This document shows positions 12,448-26,133 of a stretch of 64,000 nt of DNA, one piece after another. The position numbers were made by a program, and so were the translations under genes. How positions within the stretch are numbered: the first letter of the stretch is position 1; the number at the start of each line of letters is the position of its first letter. The notes beneath the pieces are model-generated. The model was not told where the DNA came from. It saw only the letters and a list, made by a program, of their open reading frames with translations, and ran no database searches. The stretch spans positions 30,752,001 to 30,816,000 of the forward strand of contig NC_091283.1 in the NCBI RefSeq assembly GCF_032444005.1, written 5' to 3'. Source of the stretch: Ranitomeya imitator. Taxonomy: Eukaryota.

Positions 12448-15354
12448 ATGGACAAGGACAGAGATAACATGGCCGAGCGGATCTTAGGCCTCACCCTGGA
12501 GATCATCCACCTGCTGACCGGAGAGGTGAGGGTTGGGCATTATATGCCACAAGGGTTCCTTGGCAGGTTGTAGTGACATTTATCCATGCATCTCTCCGCA
12601 CACAGGATTACACGGTAGTGAAAAAAACAGATGAGTCCGTGGCCTCCAGTTCCCAACGGCGAGAATCAGGGGGATGGAGCAAGAGCCAAATCCCCAGGAT
12701 TGTCCCTCCGCCCTCCACCCTAATACACGGGAGGAGCAACGAGCTGCAGATAATGGAGGTCATCAGTAAGATCCTGCAGGTGGTGACCGGAGAGGTGAGC
12801 GCTGCCGGGGACGCCGGGACCTTATGTGTCTGGGTGATGACGGGACCGTTGTGTTGTCAGGTCCCTGTGAGGTGTCAGGACGTCACCGTCTATCTCTCCA
12901 TGGAGGAGTGGGAGTATATGGAAGGACACAAGGACCAGTACAAGGACGTCCTGATGGAGGACCCCCGGCCCCTCACACCACCGGGTAAGAGGAGACTGCC
13001 ATGGGTTGTAAAGAGTAATTAGGGAATTTTCACAAAATAGATTCTGGTCCTGACCGGGGGTCATTTGATGATGAGTTCAGATTAATAATCCTGGGGTCCT
13101 GGTGGGCTTTTGCAGCCACAATAAAGCCAAGATATCTGGCTGCATTATTGTGGAGGAATCTGCCGGATCCTTCTCAGTAGGTGATCTCATCGGGATTCAC
13201 TCTGTGTGTCCGCATCTTACAGGGGGATCCAATAAAAGCCATTCACCCGACCGATGCCGCAGTCCTCATGATGGAAACCAGGACGTGTCAGAGCATCACC
13301 AGGTAGAAGGACGAGAGGAGAATAAAGAGCCACGAGGACACAATGTATTACATGATATCAAACACCTTCATTTCATTTTATAGAACGATGATCTGATTAT
13401 TGTCAAAGTGGAAGACCCCGATCAGGAGGATGATGGGGCTGATTCCCCTGATCCGGAGGAGGAAACTCCCAACGCCATCAGCACCGGTGAGTATAGAAGA
13501 TATACTGGTGAGGCGAATTCATCTTAAAGGAGCCTCCAAATATAAATGTTTTTTTTTTGCTCTAACATCTTCAGGTAAGTGATACTGACGGTAATTTACA
13601 TACCAGGGTCTTTATTCCCAAACAATCAGTCCTGGTTATTTCACACTCTGTCCTCCGAATACTGCAGCGCCGTCCATGTGGCCGGACATCCGTTTCCCCA
13701 GACATCCCTGCGAGACTCAGATCTAGGCCCTTACAGGATTCAGAGTGGCAGACGTCGGCTCATGTGTTACAACCGAAGGACCATAACTGAGCCGATAATT
13801 CAGGAATAAAGCCACCAGTGAAAAAAGCATCATCGGTGTTATTTACCTTCACAACCAGGCCGGAGATACTACGCGTGCTGCATGGAGTAGCGCGGTCTCT
13901 AGACAATCAGCTGGCAGAAGATCGTGAGCCCCATCGGGGACAGCGATGATTGTGTGCAAACTGTAAAGCACTGTGGAATATGTTAGCGCTATATAAAAAT
14001 AATGATTATTATTATCCTGGACAGGAGGCGCTGAGAGGGTTAATAAGACCAATTTACGGGTCCAAGGTTGTTAGGAATGATTAGATGAGAAGAACCAGTC
14101 ATTCCCACCCTCCGATCCAGGAGGAGCAGCTGGTGTAGATCAGCAGCCGAGCTCAGTCCGTGTCTGGGCGTGGAGGTGCAAACACCTTGTATTTGGGTCT
14201 GTGTGTAGAGGTGGAAACATCTGTGGGACCTGGTCTTTGTGGGAGAGACCTGGTCTTTGTGGGAGAGACCGCACCTCTGGTCAGACCGTGCAGTGAGAAT
14301 CTGAACAATATTATGAATGGTGCAAAATAGCCTTGGCACTCGGATGTTGCTGCCTGTCACTTGCACTGTTGCACTGCTTTTACTTGTGCAATCGGTGTTA
14401 CTGAAGAAGGTCCGTGTTAGGATCGAAACGTCTATTTTGGATTGCCTAAATATATATTTACCATTTTCACATCCAAGTGCCAAGTTTACTTTGATAACAA
14501 GACTGTTTATCTGCTTTGTTGGAAAAGATTTATGAACTTTAATAAATCTGCCTGCTTGGACAAAGGAACTGCGTCCCTGTGCGAACGCTGCCTACTACCT
14601 GAGACTGAAATCCTACCAAACATAAAATAATCAGTTTTTCTTTCCAGGAGACGACGGCTCCAGAGACTCGGAGGGACATCTCCTGCCATGTTCAGATCGC
14701 GATGCAGAAAATTACAATATCCCACAAGATCCGTATGGAGACCACCTTGTTATGCCCAGGTTACCTTCCATCCTCGACAGCTTAGATCTCCCATCTGATG
14801 ATCCCGCTCCTCTCACAGAACCTTCGTCAGATCAGTCCCAGGTTCCTAAACCCTTCCCATGGTCTGAATACAGGGAGTATTGCAGAAAAAAATTGAATTT
14901 GTTGTCGCGGAATCACAGGGACGAGAGACAATTTTCATGTCCCGAATGCGAAAAATGTTTTTTGTACAAATCCAACCTATACGACCATCTAAAAATTCAC
15001 ACCGGGGAGAGGCCGTATCTGTGTTCTGATTGTGGGAAATGTTTCACACGCAGATCAGACCTTGTCAGACATCAAAGAACTCACAGCGGGGTGAAGCCGT
15101 ACTCGTGTCCGGACTGCGGCAAGACATTTGCCATGAAATCAGTTCTAGTCGGACATCAGAGAATTCACACCGGGGAGAGGCCGTTCTCATGTCTGGAGTG
15201 TGGGAAACGCTTCAACCGGAAATTCAGTCTTGTGGTCCATCAGAGGATTCACACCGGGGAGAGGCCGTTCTCATGTTCAGAATGTGAGAAATCCTATACA
15301 AACAAGAAACAGCTGGTTCTACATCAGAGAAGGCACACGGAGGGACTGACGTGA
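12448..15354 (+). CDS. ZNF gene 1: KRAB-like C2H2 zinc-finger protein, Xenopus oocyte ZFP (XlCOF/FAX-like) type; 426 aa, 5 fingers. Exons 12448-12525, 12606-12794, 12861-12984, 13223-13302, 13384-13486, 14648-15354
   Basis: All introns are GT-AG and phases are compatible (1281 nt). N-terminus MDKDRDNMAERILGLTLEIIHLLTGE, 124-nt KRAB-A-like exon [19 protein letters not shown], five C2H2 fingers with TGE(R/K)P-type linkers. Confidence 0.9.
13915..14015 (+). mobile_element. 3' fragment of a V-SINE with L2-type tail
   Basis: Matches the 3' part of the SINE at 44561-44816 (GTGAGCCCCA..GGGACAGCGATGAT..GTGCAAACT..GTTAGCGCTATATAAAAATAA). Confidence 0.7.
14395..14440 (+). ncRNA. Minimal type I hammerhead-ribozyme-like motif (Penelope-associated type), probably decayed
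   Basis: CTGAAGA-A-GGTCC-gtgtta-GGATC-GAAAC-GTC: core boxes, a 5-bp stem II and a palindromic ACGT stem III. Stem I pairs weakly. Confidence 0.45.
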
Positions 15355-17953
15355 CCGGAACGTGGGAAATGCTTTACTGGGAAGGCTACGATCCTACTGG
15401 GTGGAAAGGCGCAGATGTTCCTTCTATTCACAGTAACAGGGACCGGTATAGGAGACTTTTGGGAATCTCATGCCCTCAGTGCAGAAAACATCCGCAGCGG
15501 GCACTGATGTGTTTTGCAGATTTGAAATGTAAAGGGTCCGTCCCCTCATCTTATCCACTCGTCTTAAGGGCCCCATACATAATAGACAGTTGTCGGCTGA
15601 ACAATGGCAATCGTGTCCGGTTCTCCCACACATGGGAGCTCGCGCTCTACCAAACATTTCTGTATTCTCGACAAAAGCCGCGCTGTTAGATCCCTCTGGC
15701 GGCAGCTTATCTCGCCAAAAACAAAAAGGATCAGCTGCCCGGAATCAGATACATCAAATCCTCAGATCCCCCGACATCATCTTTTGGTGGAGTCGGGATG
15801 CCTCCATACTCAGTGTTGGCCAAACCTGCAGCACGTTCAGCCGACAGTCTTAATGTGTACGACTCTTAAGATATTAATGACTGATGCAGAGGATTGATCA
15901 TCAGTATCAGATCATTGGGCGTCCCTCACCCGCCACCACCAATGGCCAAAGCTAATAATAATAGCTGATCAGTGGGGGTGCTGGGGGGTCGGCCCCCTAA
16001 AAATATATTGTTGACTTTTCCCACGTATTGGTCAATAATATCTTATCTTTTCTACCAGACGTTTTTACAAAAACTGAAGCTGGAAAAGAAATCATATGTA
16101 GAGCAAAGTGTTTTACAATAAAAAATGATTAGGAAAAGTCTTTCATGCGTTGATTTGCAGCTCCTAAAAGTACCGGTGTGAACGTGGCCTTCAGAAATCG
16201 CACAGGAGCAGAACGACTGTCATGTTTTGGAATCTTAAGTTTATTGGAAAAATCTGAAACTTCTAGAAAAAAAAAAATAATCTTCTTGTTTCCAAGACGT
16301 TTAGGTTTTCTTGCCTGTAATGAATGATTAGTGACTGGAAGAAACAAAAGTGTCTCATACCGTGGGCAGGAGATTCACATGCAGCTTTTGGCAGAGTTTT
16401 GTCGGTATTTATTTCAGGTGTTTAATAATATGGCTGAATGTTGCTGTAAAGGGGTATTTCCTATATCCACAGGAACGCCCGTCTATGTATAGGTGATGCA
16501 GGTCTCACCAGTAGGATCCTCATCGATCTCAGGAATGGGGTCCCAGTGCACAAAACTATCAGCGGAGAGTTGGTCAAAATTTCCATACAAATTAATTAAG
16601 TCCAACATCCTCTGCGCTGACGGCAGGTGTGTCAGAGCGAGGTTCTCGAGAAAAATGAATCTAGTGTGAATTTATGGCATATCCTACGGATAAATGCGTG
16701 AGTTAAAGATTTTGAAAAGTTTACATATAAATAATTTTTGGTTTATTGGGGGCTTCACTGGACAGGAACCGGAACAACATATAGGTCGCCTTCACATAAC
16801 GGAAGCGGATGCCGAATGCACCGCGAGATACTACTGAAACCATTCTGACCTTAACAACGACCTAACCAGGGAATATCGGCACCCGGACACATCAGAGATC
16901 GTCATTATGTCTTTTCAGACAATTTTGGGCTTCCTCCCCAAAGGTGGACTGCACCTTCCAGTCTCTGGGCTATCTTAAGTCCACCTTTAAGCTGACTCCA
17001 TCCTGGCACCCCCATAGTCAGCCTCGCTGACTGCAAAGTCCAGAACCAATAAGTCCTCTTATGTATGATGGGGTGCTGCCACCAAGGAGCTGGTTTCAGG
17101 CGAGTGGTTGGCTTCTCCTCTGCCGGTACTTGTGTTATCTGCAGTTGAGGTCTTTTCATTCATTCACTATATACTTTTCCGCCACCCCTTCAAGACCTGT
17201 TTTCCGATCTCCTCCTTGGCTTCCAGTTTCTCAGGCCATCTCCGATCTAATTCGGTCTATGGTTATCGTACCCATCGCCTCTTTAGAAAGATCCACAGGT
17301 TTTATTAAAAAAAGGATGGTTCACCTGGCCTATCCCGGACCTGAAATGTCTCAGTACTTGAGGATCAAGTCTCTGCAGTTGGTCAAAGCCTCCATAAACC
17401 CGGCAAGTTTCTGGTCATTGATGGACATCCAAGACATTGATCTCCTCAGACCCATCTTTTACCTCTCACCAGAAGACTCTGAGGTCCACCACTCTTGTTA
17501 CACGGATCGGCTGCAGGTCTACATGACATGACGACCTCACAGAAGTTCATGAAGCCATCATGCTCTGGTCAGGAGACTTGCGGCCAGTCCGTGCATTAGC
17601 GATCCGAGACCCTCGGACGTCTGAATGATCCATTACACTTCACACCTTTCCTGAAATTTACAGATACTGCCCAAGTTCTCTTTTAACAGGTGACCCCTCC
17701 GGCACTGAAATCCCATTGTATCCCGGGTACTCGCCGATGTCTGGCCCTATGGTCTACGAACGATAGACCTCTTCATAAAAGGAGGAAATCTGGGAAAGAG
17801 AATGTAGCTGGGACGTCCAGAAGTGTTGATGTCTAACTTTAAACGGGTTGTCCAATAATGGACAACACCTTCACTGTTCAGACGCCCCACATAAAAAAAG
17901 AAAGAGTTTTGTAAACCGGATGGTAACAAACCTTCAGCTGTGAGAAGTATTAA

Positions 17954-19427
17954 CCCTTTAATGACCACCAATACATTTTTTTTTTATATATCCCCCAGAC
18001 GGGTGAAAATGCAGCAGCTGTCAATCACCCCCTACGTGCTGCCGTCCACCGTGATATCGGCATCTAGACGGTTAACAGAGCACGAACGCTCCCTCTTCAA
18101 CCTAATCAGCAACCCGATATCAAGATTGTGTGGTCCTGATGGCAATGGCGACCCAAAGCCGAGTAATGTCCTCCGGGGGTCCCCCAGCTATAGGGGTCTG
18201 CATAGTAACAGCAAGGCCGTAAAAAGACGTTTGTCCTTCCAGTTTAGCCTATATCCCCAGATCTACGTCCTTCTAAAGAGCCTAATAACTGTAAGATACA
18301 ATATTGTTTTGAACAGCTGACATGTGCCCGCAACAGCCGCAGGTGGAATCTCGATCCACCCGCGGCTGTTAACCCGTTAAATGCAAGTGTGCCAGAAATC
18401 CTGCCCATCGGTTACCCCGTCACGTGATCATGGGTCGGCATGACAACCAGAGGTCTCCTGGATACCTCTATGGTTGTCACTGCTGGATTGCTATGAGCGA
18501 CGCCTGGCGGTCGGCACTCATAGCAAATCAGCCATTCTGCTACATAGAGGTGATCTGATCATCGCCTGTATGTAGCAGAGCTGATCGGACAAGTGCAGCT
18601 TCTAGTCTCCCATGGAGGCTATTGAAGCATGGCAAAAGTAAAAAAAAAATGATTTTAAAAATATTAAAAAAATAAAATATATACAAGTTTAAATCCCCAC
18701 CTTTTGCCACATTAAAATTAAAACAATAAAACAAATCAAACATACACATATTTGGTATCGCTGCGCTCAGAATCGCCCGATCTATCAATAAAAAAAAGCA
18801 TTAACCTCATCGCTAAACAGCGTAACGAAAAAAAAAAAAGCAAAACCCCAGAATTCCTTTTTTTTTGTTGCCGTACCATTGCATTAAAATGCAATAATGG
18901 GTGATCAAAAGAACGAATCTGCACAAAAATGATATAATTAAAAACGTCAGCTCGTCACGCAAAAAATAAGTCCTCACCCAACGCGAGAGCCTGAAAAATG
19001 GAGACGCTACGAGTATCGGAAAATGGCACAATTTTTGTTTTTTGTAACAAACTTTGGATTTTTTTTTCACTACTTAAATAAAAAAGAACCTAGACATGTT
19101 TGGTGTCTATGAACTCGTAATGACCTGGAGAATCATAATGGCAGCTCAGTTGTAGCATTTGGTGAACATGGTAAAAAAAAAAAAAATCCCAAAAAAGTTG
19201 TGGAATTGCAATTTTTTTGCAGTTTCACCGCACTTGGAATTTATTTCCCGTTTTTGAGTACATGATATGATAAAACCATTGCTGTAGTTCAAAAGTACAA
19301 CTCGTCCCACAAAAAACAAGCCCTCACGAGGCCATATTGACGGAAAAATAAAAAAGTGACGGCTCTGGGAAGGAGGGGAGCGAAAAACCGAAACGCAGAA
19401 CTGAAAAAGGGCTCCGTCATGAAGGGG
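17954..19427. mobile_element. Non-autonomous TTAA-flanked (piggyBac-like) DNA transposon, ~1.47 kb
   Basis: TTAA|CCCTTTAATGACC ... CCGTCATGAAGGGG|TTAA. Related fragments at ~22730-22960 and ~57470-58090. Confidence 0.7.
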
Positions 19428-19519
19428 TTAATTCTGTGCAGGATCCCCGGGAGCAGGTATCTCGCTATCCGCGCCCAAACATTTATGTAAACGAAGACTT
19501 CAGTGGATCCAGAATCTTT

Positions 19520-19733
19520 TATGAGGACACGATCATGTGACCAATCACATGTGGGTGAGGGGGGAGTGAGGGCTGTGATGTCATTACATGCTTGATCACA
19601 TGATCGTGACATCATCAAAGGTCCTTCATCCACGGTGAGCTGGAGCCTCCTGGGGAGTCGGTGAATGTTTGCAGGGTCCAGCATCGCCCCCCATTGTCAG
19701 CGTCCCCCGGATTCTGTACACGTTCAGGTAATG
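19520..19733 (+). promoter_or_regulatory. Probable promoter and non-coding exon 1 of ZNF gene 2
   Basis: Highly similar to 46095-46311, which lies upstream of gene 3. Inverted CACGATCATGTGA...TCACATGATCGTG motifs; ends in donor CAG|GTAATG (19728). Confidence 0.6.
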
Positions 19734-19769
19734 TCTCCTCCGTGGCTCTTTATTGCATGTGACAATCTC

Positions 19770-20235
19770 CTGTGCTTCATGTGATATCACGCCTGCCTTT
19801 TTAGTAAACACCAGTGATTGCCTTTCCGCTGTCTCTAACATCATGTCCTCCCTCTATCTGAAACTGAACCTGTCAAAAAGTGAACTCCTCGTGTTCTCTC
19901 CCTCTACTAACCTACTTTTGCCTGACATTGCCATCTCCGTGTGTGGTTCCACCATTACTCCAAAGCAACATGCCCGCTGCCTTGGGGTCATCCTTGATTC
20001 CGAGCTTTCCTTCACCCCCCACATGCGATCACTGGCTCGCTCTTCTTATCTGCATCTCAAAAACATTTCTAGAATTCGCCCTTTTCTTACTTTCGACTCT
20101 GCAAAAACTCTGTTTCACTCATTCATTCTCGTCTGGACTATTGTAACTCTCTACTAATCGGCCTCCCTCTTACCAAACTCTCCCCGCTCCAATCTGTCTT
20201 GAATGCTGCAGCCAGGATCATATTCCTCACTAACC
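19770..20235 (+). mobile_element. Internal fragment of an L2 LINE ORF2
   Basis: ORF 19753-20157 contains LKLNLSKSELLVF...[14 protein letters not shown], homologous to the L2 at 2.5-3.9 kb. Confidence 0.85.
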
Positions 20236-20760
20236 TCCTCTTACCTCAGCATTCCTGGTATCTCCAGTATTAGATCAGATAGACATGGTGGACAGCAGTG
20301 TGAGCAGCCTCTTCTTACCTCAGCACCTCTGATATCTCCAGTATTTGATCAGATAGGGTGGACAGCAGTGTGAGCAGCCTCTTCTTACCTCATCATCCTG
20401 ATAACTCCAGTATTAGATAGACGGGGGACAGCAGTGTGAGCAGCCTCTTCTTACCTCAGCATCACTGATATCTCCAGTATTAGATAGACGGGGGACAGCA
20501 GTGTGAGCAGCCTCTTCTTACCTTAGCACCCCTGATACCTCAAGTATTAGATCAGATAGACATGGTGGACAGCAGTGTTAGCAGCCTCTTCTCACCTTAG
20601 CACCCCTGATACCTCAAGTATTAGATCAGATAGACATGGTGGACAGCAGTGTGAACAGCCTCTTCTTACCTCATCATCACTGATATCTCCAGTATTAAAC
20701 AGGGTGGACAGCAGTGTGAGCAGCCTCTACTTACCTCAGCACCCCTGATATGCACAGTAG
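20235..20760. repeat. ~57-65-bp minisatellite (CCTCTTCTTACCTCAGCA..GATATCTCCAGTATTAGAT..GGACAGCAGTGTGAGCAG)
   Basis: About eight tandem copies visible. Confidence 0.88.
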
Positions 20761-21003
20761 TATATCACAATATCCAAATGGAGCAGTCCTCATCTTGGTT
20801 GTGCAGTAAGGAGTATCAGAGGACCCCTCATCTGGTAATTATGGGGATACCTGAAATGCTTCATTGGTCATTAGTTTCAGATATTAGATCTTTTCCTTAA
20901 TATTTCCTCTAAATTAATATATCGCTTGACTTGTCCTCTCTCCAGGTCCCTGCTGTGTGGAACCCTCAGTAAGATAAGGGTCCTACTGACTGACCAATTA
21001 AGG

Positions 21004-23903
21004 ATGGACAGGAGTCATAAAATGGCTGAGCAGATATTAAGCCTCACCCTGGAGATCATCTACCTGCTGACCGGAGAGGTGAGGACTTGTCGTAATTGTC
21101 ATATGATGTGACTCTGGATAAAGATGAGGCGAGAGATGATGAGTGATGTATATCAGTACGTCTCTCTGTACACAGGATTACACAGTCGTGAAGAAATCTG
21201 GTGAACGTGGGACAACCAGCTCCGATCACCAAGCATCAGGAGGATGGAGTGAGATCAGAAGTGCCATCATGGTGCCTCCACCTCCATCACCGATGCATGA
21301 GAGAAGCAACGAGCAGAAGATCGTGGAGATCACCAATAAGATCCTGCAGGTGGTGACCGGAGAGGTGAGCGCTGCCGAGGACGCCGGGACCTTATATAAT
21401 GTGTCTGGGTGATGACGGGACCGTTGTGTTGTCAGGTCCCAATGAGGTATCAGGACGTCACCGTCTATCTCTCCATGGAGGAGTGGGAGTATATGGAAGA
21501 ACACAAGGACCAGTACAAGGACGTCCTGATGGAGGACCCCCAACCCCTAGCAACAACCATTAAAGAGGAGACTGCCCATAAACATAAAGGTGGGCTTGTG
21601 ACTTATTTATTTTATGTTTTTCTCTGTCATCTGCCTCCTTCCGGACTAGTGAGGCAGACTACGCTCTTCTATATTGTATTCTGATGTACGTCAGCCTGAT
21701 GAAGGCCAAAATGAGACTATTTGTCCTCTGTTGAGTTTTCCTGGCACATGTCAGTGTGAATTCAGCTTGATCCGTACATGTTCAGTAACCTTATCCGTGT
21801 TTCTTACAGATGGACCAAGGCACAGTCCCTCACCAGAAAGTTGTCCCTGTCTAGTTTATTGTAAGGAAGGTCCAGGAGAAAATCCAAATGTCCCTCAGGA
21901 TCGACAGGTAGAAGAATCCTTCGACAAGGACATGAAGTGCCACAAGTAGACATCACTGCGTTATACTGTATATCATTTACTGCATCTTTGTTTTAGAACA
22001 ATGACCTGATTATTGTGAAAGTGGAAGAGATGGAGGGAGACGAGGAGTATTACAGAAGTGACGACCTGAAGAGGGAAGAGGAAACTCCGAGTAATGTCAG
22101 CACAGGTGAGTAATAACTGGACAAGAGAGAAGAGCCAACACACAAGCCGACCTGCCTCCCCGTGTAGGGGGGACGCTCAACGCTTCCTGACGGTTGATAT
22201 CAGGGCAGATCGGTATGAAACAGCTTGAAGTTCAATACGTGAGCCTTTTGTTCTCGGGAAAGATCAGCTGACCCCAGATCTGTCTGTCCAAACCTTTCTT
22301 GCCGTCCTCTATCTACTGAGAACCCATGGACCCTCGGCTAAGCCTTTATGAATGACCATATTCATGCTTCCTCATCCCAATTGTTAGCACAGTCTAAATC
22401 TCTGTTCCCAGCAGTGTCGTTCTCTCTTGTACTCGGCTCCGGAGGTCTGATGTCCCCCATTATAAGTTGACGAGATGAATTCTTCCAGACATAGGAGGTT
22501 CTCGCGTGTTCTATATCTTTTGGGTGTACGGAGCGGGATCTGGAAAATCAATTTCTCCATCTTCGGCAGCTACTGACTGTGACATACAGCCAACACCTGC
22601 CCCTAACAGCAATAAACGGAGCTCTGATCTCTGCTATTTAACCATTTTCGTGCCTCTGACAGTAGCATTTCAATGGCCCAGTCATTCCAGCATCCATCAG
22701 CTGAGCCACAGGCCGGGCTTCACTGGAGACCAGTGATTTTTTTTTTTATGCCCTGGAATATTAAAGTATTCCATTATTCCGTACAAGAGATTAAATAATC
22801 ATAAGTTCGAGTCCCATAAGGGCACTACAAAATAACGTAAAACGTAAAAATATATATATAAAAGTTTTAAATCACAAATTGAAAAATAAACATTTGATAG
22901 CATCGCGTCTGTAAAAATCCAATTTATCAAAATACAAAAAATTTAACCCATATGTTTAACTGAACTCCTCCGGGTGGATTTTTAACTGCATCAAAACTTT
23001 CTTGCGGTCACAAATCAGCTTAGAGGAATTTAGTAGAAGCCAGATGTGCGATATAATCACTGCTGTCATAACAATTGTACACGGAAGCTGCAAAAAGATT
23101 GACTTTTTATGAAAATGGCCCATGAATCCAAGATAGGGAGATCTTGGGTTCCCTACTGGGGACATAGACTCCTGATATATGGCATTAGGGTCTTGGTGTC
23201 CATCTACCACCTCTTTTTCTTCCCAGCAGATGTTCCTCTGAGCCTCGGCTGCGGTCCGCTCCCGTCATCTTCAGATTATTCGTCAAACATTAATATCTCA
23301 CCGACTACTTATGGACAGCCGTTTATTACCATAAACTTTCCTTCCCTCATCACCGGCGGCAATCTGCTGTCTGTTCCCACCACGGTCCTACAGCCATCAT
23401 CTGATCAGTCACAGGCTCCACGGCTGCCTCCAAAGGCCAGAGGAGAGAAGAAGCCGAACAACCGCAGAACCGAGGGACGATTTCCTTGTGCGGAATGTGG
23501 AAAAAGTTTTGCGATGAGATCAAACTTCCTGGAACATCTGAAAGTTCACACAGTGGAGAAGCCGCTCTCGTGTACCGTGTGCGGGAAGTGTTTCAAGCGG
23601 AAATCAGATCTCGTCAGACACCAGAAAACTCACACCGGGGAGAAGCCGCACTTGTGCACAGAATGCGGGAAACGTTTCGCCATTAAATCAAACCTCTTTG
23701 CGCATCACAGAATCCACACAGGAGAGCGGCCGTTCCCGTGTTCCGTGTGTGGGAAATGTTTCATCCAGAAGTCAGATCTGGTTGTGCATCAGATCGCTCA
23801 CACAGGGGAGAAGCCGTTCGGTTGTAGAGTGTGCGGGAAATATTTTAACCGGAAAAGAAGTCTTGTCCGACATGAGAGAATCCACATGAGAGATAAGTCA
23901 TAG
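21004..23903 (+). CDS. ZNF gene 2: KRAB-like C2H2 zinc-finger protein, ~433 aa, 5 fingers. Exons 21004-21078, 21176-21364, 21436-21589 (inferred shifted donor), 21810-21907, 21997-22105, 23227-23903
   Basis: Same exon architecture as gene 1. The usual KRAB-exon donor at 21560 is mutated; an in-frame AAG|GTGGGC donor lies 30 nt downstream. NAGNAG acceptor before the finger exon. Confidence 0.82.
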
Positions 23904-24197
23904 TCGAGGGTCCACAATGGGGGAAGCGTCGTACAAAACTTTGTGTCAGCCGGAACCATTGACAATTTTATGTAGGACTCTTTTTTTTAAATAAATAAGC
24001 CACATCTTGTATATTAGAAAATCCACACAAAGAAGAAATTGTTTCATGTGAAGAATGTGGGAAATGTTCTTCTAGGAAGTCAAATCTCATTGAATTATTA
24101 CAGGAAAAATATATATTTTTGTACTGTGTTAATCAGTAGATTAAAAAAACATTAAAGATTGAGAGTCTTCAGTGATTGAAAAGATAATAAATGGTAA

Positions 24198-25050
24198 GAG
24201 ACGACTCGGGTCTCATCAGGCGTAGAATAACACAAAATCTGAAGAGTCTCATATTTATACACAGGAGGACACAGGAGTAATGCAATAGATAAGACAAGTG
24301 ACAGGAAGCAGAAACTATCAGTATGGGAGAAGGGAGAAACAATAATGGCATCAAAGATTGGAGGAGTTCATAGATAAGGAGTGTGAAAGTTTCATTGTCC
24401 TGTGATTGAGGTCTGGTCCGTGTTTGTGATTATTATTTATACATAGCAGCTGGGGGTCTGTATGTGGGGAAGACAGGGCAAAAGCTTAGAACAAGGTTGA
24501 ATTCTCATCACCACACGATAAAAGAAAAAAAGAATGGATCTAACTGCGGCCAAACAGTTTTGTCTCCCTGATCACAACACCATGGACAGGAAATTACTGG
24601 TATTAAAACATAACTCCAAATCTCAGAAAGACAGAAGAGTCTGTGACTATAAGCTGATAACGACCTTTGACACACTCAGTGCAGGAATGAATGTGTCGCA
24701 TGGATTTATGTCTTTCTACATCACCTAAGAAATGTGCTCCTCAGACGATTTGAAAGCATTACAATCATGGACCAGACCTCAATCACAGGACAATAAAACG
24801 TTCACACTCCTTATCTATGAACTGTTCCAATATTTATGGACATAACTGTTTATTACTCTCCCATAATGGTAGTTTTGCTTCACGTCACCTGTCTTATCTA
24901 TAAGATTATTTCTGCGTCCTGTTTTGTATAAATATGTGATTCTTCACATTCTGTGTTATTCTATGCCTGATGAAGAGACCTGAGTTGTCTCAATTTGTTA
25001 CCTTTTAATGACTGACTGTAAAGATGCTATCAACCACTGAGGACTCGCAA
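24198..25050 (+). mobile_element. Penelope-like element remnant with inverted pseudo-LTR
   Basis: Diverged ~230-bp inverted repeats (24198-24428 / 24762-24991). Between them, ORF 24534-24728 (FCLPDHN..KLITTFDTLSAGMNVSHGFM) resembles a Penelope GIY-YIG C-terminus. Decayed hammerhead half CTGATGA-A-GAGAC..GTCTC at 24967. Confidence 0.7.
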
Positions 25051-25057
25051 AAATTGA

Positions 25058-25250
25058 ATTATTATTATTGGCCTGTGACTCGATCTCCAGCCATGGTGAA
25101 TCGATGGATGAACGCTTCGTAGGAAGATCGTTCATATACAAGCCTAGATAGGTCCATCAGGGTCTTCTCCACCTTTATATTGATAGTATCAGGCCATCTG
25201 GTTGATGGTTTTCCTCTTCGCCTTGTTCCTTCCTTATGGAATATCTAAAC
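25058..25250 (-). mobile_element. 3' end of an RTE-clade LINE
   Basis: Minus strand translates GTRRRGKPSTRWPDTI..KTLMDLSRL..FIHRF, followed by an (AAT)n tail. Confidence 0.65.
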
Positions 25251-26133
25251 ATTTTATTCTGAAAAAGTTTATGTGAACCTGTCTCCTGAAGGGGACCCTG
25301 CCCATGTGCCCCTAATTCACATCGATGCTACTTTATCTCTGTATTTCATTTTCCACAGCTTCTCACCGTCATTATCAGCTGGGCCATACTTTAGACCCTG
25401 TTCACATCATCGTTTCCGGCTACATTACAGTGTTGCGGATGACATAATAAGCTTTGGGTTGTCAGTGTATGGCATCCGTTACAGACTCCTGGTAAGAGTT
25501 TACATTGGGAAGCGCCAGTGACCATACAGCCCACATCAGGGTATTTCAGTCACTGTAGCTTCACGGATCCCCTCTCATCGCTTACTAGTGCAGATTCTCC
25601 CCACTGATATGATCTATGGATTGGTACCCCAATAATGGGAGGTACATTGCAACACAGAAAGAAGGACACGACCCTGGCTGGCAGCAGTCTGTGCCCACCA
25701 CCCTCCAGGGTAGCCCACCTCCTCTAATCAATGCTCCCATCTAACACCGTGCAGCCAGGTGTACAATGGTAGCCAGGTTCCTGACAAAGTCCAAGTAACT
25801 GCCAGTGTGCACAACACCCATAAGTGACTCCTTCCAACCCTGTCCCTTCTTCTGCAGATGCCAGGCCAACCCTTGAGGCACCCACCTATCTGGAGACATT
25901 TAAAATCTGCTCCCCAAAATGTGCCCCTCCCTCCAAAGGATGCCTGTAGCCCACTCAAGGTTTTCATAAGCCCTGCTTCCTTATAGCCAAGGAGTCCTGA
26001 GACATTCTGGACAGATATTAACTACGACTATCTTCCCACCAACACAGCACCCTAAACGCCAGTGTGTGGGGAAGGGAACTGTATGAGGACACATCCTACT
26101 GTGGAAGTCACTGCAGAATGGAGGCCTCCTTTA

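Noticed and set aside
16770-17940. Possible decayed LINE or other coding remnant
   Set aside because: I could not recover a convincing motif in any frame by eye; left unassigned.
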